A stretch of 64,000 nt of DNA, from assembly GCA_018716085.1 (NCBI GenBank), contig DVKK01000057.1, positions 14,570 through 78,569 of the forward strand, read 5' to 3'. Source of the DNA: Candidatus Ornithoclostridium excrementipullorum. Its GTDB lineage: Bacteria; Bacillota; Clostridia; Christensenellales; UBA3700. The position numbers and the translations under genes are program-made. The notes below the pieces were generated by a model. It was not told the origin of the DNA. It made no database searches and worked only from the letters and a program-made list of their open reading frames with translations. Of this stretch, positions 63,696 to 64,000 are shown piece after piece; within the stretch, counting starts at the first letter, position 1, and each line of letters starts with the position of its first letter.

Positions 63696-64000
63696 ATGAG
63701 CAAAGCGAAAAAAGTCGCGATCGGCGTATCCGCCGCGGTATTGGTATTGCTGACCGTGGTGCTGATAGTGTTCTGTCCCAGAAGAGGCGCGGACGAAACG
63801 TACATATGGGCGGTTTCCGACGACTATTCGTCCGAAAACGCGGCGTCGTTGGAGAAGACGGCGGGAGAGGATTTCACGATACTGCTGTTTACGGATATCC
63901 AACTCTGGACGCTGGTGTCCGACAATCGGAGAGCGTTTGCGATCATGGACGAACTCGTCGAAAGGACCGATCCCGATCTCATAGTGCTGCCCGGGGATAA
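63696..64000 (+). CDS. Membrane-anchored metallophosphoesterase-like protein, 3'-truncated by the window edge
   Basis: N-terminal TM segment (VAIGVSAAVLVLLTVVLIVF), then ILLFTDIQL...DLIVLPGD, which resembles calcineurin-like phosphoesterase motifs I/II. Confidence 0.45.
   Translation, partial: MSKAKKVAIGVSAAVLVLLTVVLIVFCPRRGADETYIWAVSDDYSSENAASLEKTAGEDFTILLFTDIQLWTLVSDNRRAFAIMDELVERTDPDLIVLPGD

Noticed and set aside
1-64000. Looked for tRNA/rRNA genes, CRISPR arrays, transposase/integrase genes, Rex boxes (TTGTGAA-N6-TTCACAA-like) and clustered DnaA boxes.
   Set aside because: I found no T-arm-like GGTTCGAATCC strings or regularly spaced direct repeats. There are no DDE or tyrosine-recombinase-like translations. 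Only isolated near-matches turned up (for example TTATCCGCA near 24701), and none were clustered.

Overview
A 64-kb chromosomal window from a GC-rich bacterium (GC judged by eye, not computed). Gene order is Firmicutes/Clostridia-like: rpsF-ssb-rpsR, a DnaD-domain/dnaI-like pair, rex, greA-lysS, yaaO-like-tmk-holB-yaaT, and pyrB-C-F-K-D-E. Most of the window is core metabolism and information processing. I saw no rRNA, tRNA, CRISPR array, transposase, integrase or phage module. Calls rest on reading the translated ORFs against motifs I recognise and on reading intergenic DNA by eye; no search or folding program was run.

Features that stand out:
- A single open frame of more than 13.5 kb (over 4,513 aa), cut by the left edge. 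It is built from GLUG-like modules and at least 13 MBG-type 'YDGT' repeats.
- A 1,255-aa putative lipoprotein. Its N-terminus carries five tandem C-x2-H-x-D-x-D-x-D-G-x-C-D-N-C-G units, and an AT-rich palindrome-bearing region lies upstream.
- A cobalamin riboswitch controlling a DUF4430-type lipoprotein plus a solitary ECF S-component. It sits directly downstream of a split metF / MetH-activation / metH-core operon.
- A preQ1-I-like riboswitch on queT. It is divergent from a translationally coupled operon of an SCP2-like protein, two Fe-ADH-like paralogs that appear to lack the metal ligands, and queH. This is my best candidate for an undescribed functional module, but I cannot establish novelty without database searches.
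- Two orphan promoter-to-terminator units (about 14850-15008 and 46769-46887) that look like small RNA genes.
- Two long non-coding gaps that are structured or GC-rich (24535-25008 and 35060-35480).

Many long Arg-rich antisense ORFs in the track are compositional shadows of the real genes and were rejected.
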